DNA of 64,000 nucleotides from Fibrobacterales bacterium (GTDB lineage Bacteria; Fibrobacterota; Fibrobacteria; Fibrobacterales; JAOPTW01): NCBI GenBank assembly GCA_051532035.1, contig JAOPTW010000013.1, positions 128,001 to 192,000 of the forward strand, read 5' to 3'. Shown piece by piece: positions 62,342 to 64,000 of this stretch (position 1 is its first letter; each line of letters starts with the position of its first letter). The notes under the pieces were generated by a model. It saw only the letters and a program-made list of their open reading frames with translations, ran no database searches and was not told where the DNA came from. The position numbers and the translations under genes were made by a program.

Positions 62342-64000
62342 TCAGTCAACAAGTCGCGCCTTAACCCCTTCAAGAACAGATAAAGCCGGAGCACTGATTG
62401 AACCATCGCCATAGATACCCACATTCACCGTAATAACGCCCCCTTGTGCCATCGTAGCGATTATAAGGTTAGCCAGGCTTTCGCCACTATACAATACTGA
62501 TTGGTCGGTATTCTGCCTCACCCACATTGGGTCGAGGACCACGAGCTGTTGGCTCTGAAGGCCCTTTGCCGCACTATAATTGGGAAATTGTCCTTGGAGA
62601 ACATCGGGTTCATTAAATACTTCACCAGCCCAATAATCCTGCCATTCAGAGATGGCCGGAAATACCCATGAGTTCAGACACAGTGCCCGGTTTGGGTTCC
62701 CTGCCTTACTCGCCCAGTAGAACTTTTCAATATCAAGACCATCATACCATTCCACCGACTGATACCAACCATCAAACCAGTACGCCCACACCTTTTCACC
62801 ATAGCGCTCCCCTATTTCTTCAAGTATCTCAACCTGTATATCAACATACTCTTCTGCAGTCAGACGTATATTTCGCTCCCATCCCGTTCCCGGATCGTGC
62901 CAACCCGTTGAAATAACATGGGTAGGAAAGTAAAGCAACAGCTTAACATCAATTGCAGCTAGCGCATCAGCCATCTCCATGACCAAGTCACGTTCGGTGA
63001 TTTTATCCGCACCGTGATGCTTGGCCCAGGCCTGAATTGGGGCTGGTGAATAGGCATAGGCATGCCCAAACGTGAAGAGTACAAAGTGAGCTCCTGTTTT
63101 TTTGACCATCGTTACATAGGTATCCATATCAAACTGATCGACCATCTGATCGAACGGCTTAATAGTTCCATCGGGGTAAATTGATTCATTGGTCCAGTGA
63201 AACATCAGGCCATACCCCGCCTCTTTCATCCAATCAGTATTGGGGCGCGCCTCCTGTGCACGAGCACGCTCTGCTGCTACCGCATCTGCTTTTTCTACCG
63301 GAATCAGATCAACACCACGGAGATCCATTAGGTGCTGATATTGTACAGCATAGGGTGAGCTAATGTGGAGCCGATGCGCACCTGCACTTAATGTAATTGT
63401 AGCGGATAACGCATGACGCTCATAATTATGTCGGATATGCTTATGCGGACCACTAGTGGATTTAAGTACCAACGGAACGCGTGTTGGATTCAAGTCACTG
63501 TACATTTCAACCGTATGATCGTGCCCGGTTGGCGGAACATAATACATCAATTCAATAGCAAACTCTGTTGGTTCTAAAAGCTCGAGCTGCCATACGGCAG
63601 TGGATGGACCGGCCCACTGAATGGTGCCGCCCCCCTGAATTGACAGTTCATCATGGAGCTCCGCTTCGTTCCCCCAAAGAGAAATAATCATCTCGGTAAT
63701 TGCAGGCCCTTGTACGACACTCATAGGGGTATCACTTGACAATCCGGCCTCACGCATACTCGAAAGGCCATTACTGCTCATGCTCTCTACCGAAGATATA
63801 CTTGGAGAATCATTTGAACTCCCTGAGCTGACACTACTCGATGATGAGGGCATAGACCCGTCAAAGCCCTGTGATAAATGAGGTACTTGTGATGAAAGAG
63901 TAGGTACCGAGTCTACGCTACTGGATACTCCGTTGAGCACCACGGAATGATCACTGCTCTCCACTTGATTTGAAACCAATCCGGTACCTTCATCCACAGT
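62342..64000 (-). CDS. GH29 alpha-L-fucosidase-like glycoside hydrolase; 5' end beyond the window
   Basis: YGLMFHW, FDMDTYV, GAHFVLFTFGH, ERYGEKVWAYWFDGW; N-terminal Ser-rich linker; frame is open to the window edge. Confidence 0.72.
   Translation of the reverse strand, partial: TVDEGTGLVSNQVESSDHSVVLNGVSSSVDSVPTLSSQVPHLSQGFDGSMPSSSSSVSSGSSNDSPSISSVESMSSNGLSSMREAGLSSDTPMSVVQGPAITEMIISLWGNEAELHDELSIQGGGTIQWAGPSTAVWQLELLEPTEFAIELMYYVPPTGHDHTVEMYSDLNPTRVPLVLKSTSGPHKHIRHNYERHALSATITLSAGAHRLHISSPYAVQYQHLMDLRGVDLIPVEKADAVAAERARAQEARPNTDWMKEAGYGLMFHWTNESIYPDGTIKPFDQMVDQFDMDTYVTMVKKTGAHFVLFTFGHAYAYSPAPIQAWAKHHGADKITERDLVMEMADALAAIDVKLLLYFPTHVISTGWHDPGTGWERNIRLTAEEYVDIQVEILEEIGERYGEKVWAYWFDGWYQSVEWYDGLDIEKFYWASKAGNPNRALCLNSWVFPAISEWQDYWAGEVFNEPDVLQGQFPNYSAAKGLQSQQLVVLDPMWVRQNTDQSVLYSGESLANLIIATMAQGGVITVNVGIYGDGSISAPALSVLEGVKARLVD

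Overview
Bacterial genomic window, probably Fibrobacterota. The placement is inferred from a C-terminal FISUMP-like domain and Ser-rich lipoprotein linkers. Five zones: (1) About 1-11.2 kb is an AT-rich, duplication-scarred accessory locus. It holds a signal-peptide RHS/YD protein running off the left end, two secreted proteins and one pseudogene remnant sharing an N/Q-rich 15-aa-repeat C-terminal tail, two paralogous small secreted proteins resembling AB5-toxin B subunits, a truncated ricin-B lectin and a duplicated 165-bp structured non-coding element. (2) A non-coding 41/42-bp tandem array lies upstream of an uncharacterised helical protein. (3) Housekeeping genes (monomeric icd, DinG/XPD helicase, ilvA, a divergent mnmH/selU-like gene) flank a 2519-aa CotH-kinase/CBM surface protein. 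(4) A 21-kb, tightly spaced four-gene operon encodes giant proteins without signal peptides, led by a 3464-aa DUF6603-like protein with ~630-aa internal repeats. (5) The right end carries lipoproteins, a TPR protein, a YfiR/histidine-kinase pair divergent from a TonB-dependent receptor, an LruC-FISUMP fusion and a GH29-like gene running off the window. The best candidates for undescribed systems are the 'tail + AB5-B-like subunit + RHS' locus and the four-gene DUF6603 operon. No tRNA, rRNA, CRISPR or intact mobile element was seen. Family assignments are by motif recognition only; no searches were run.
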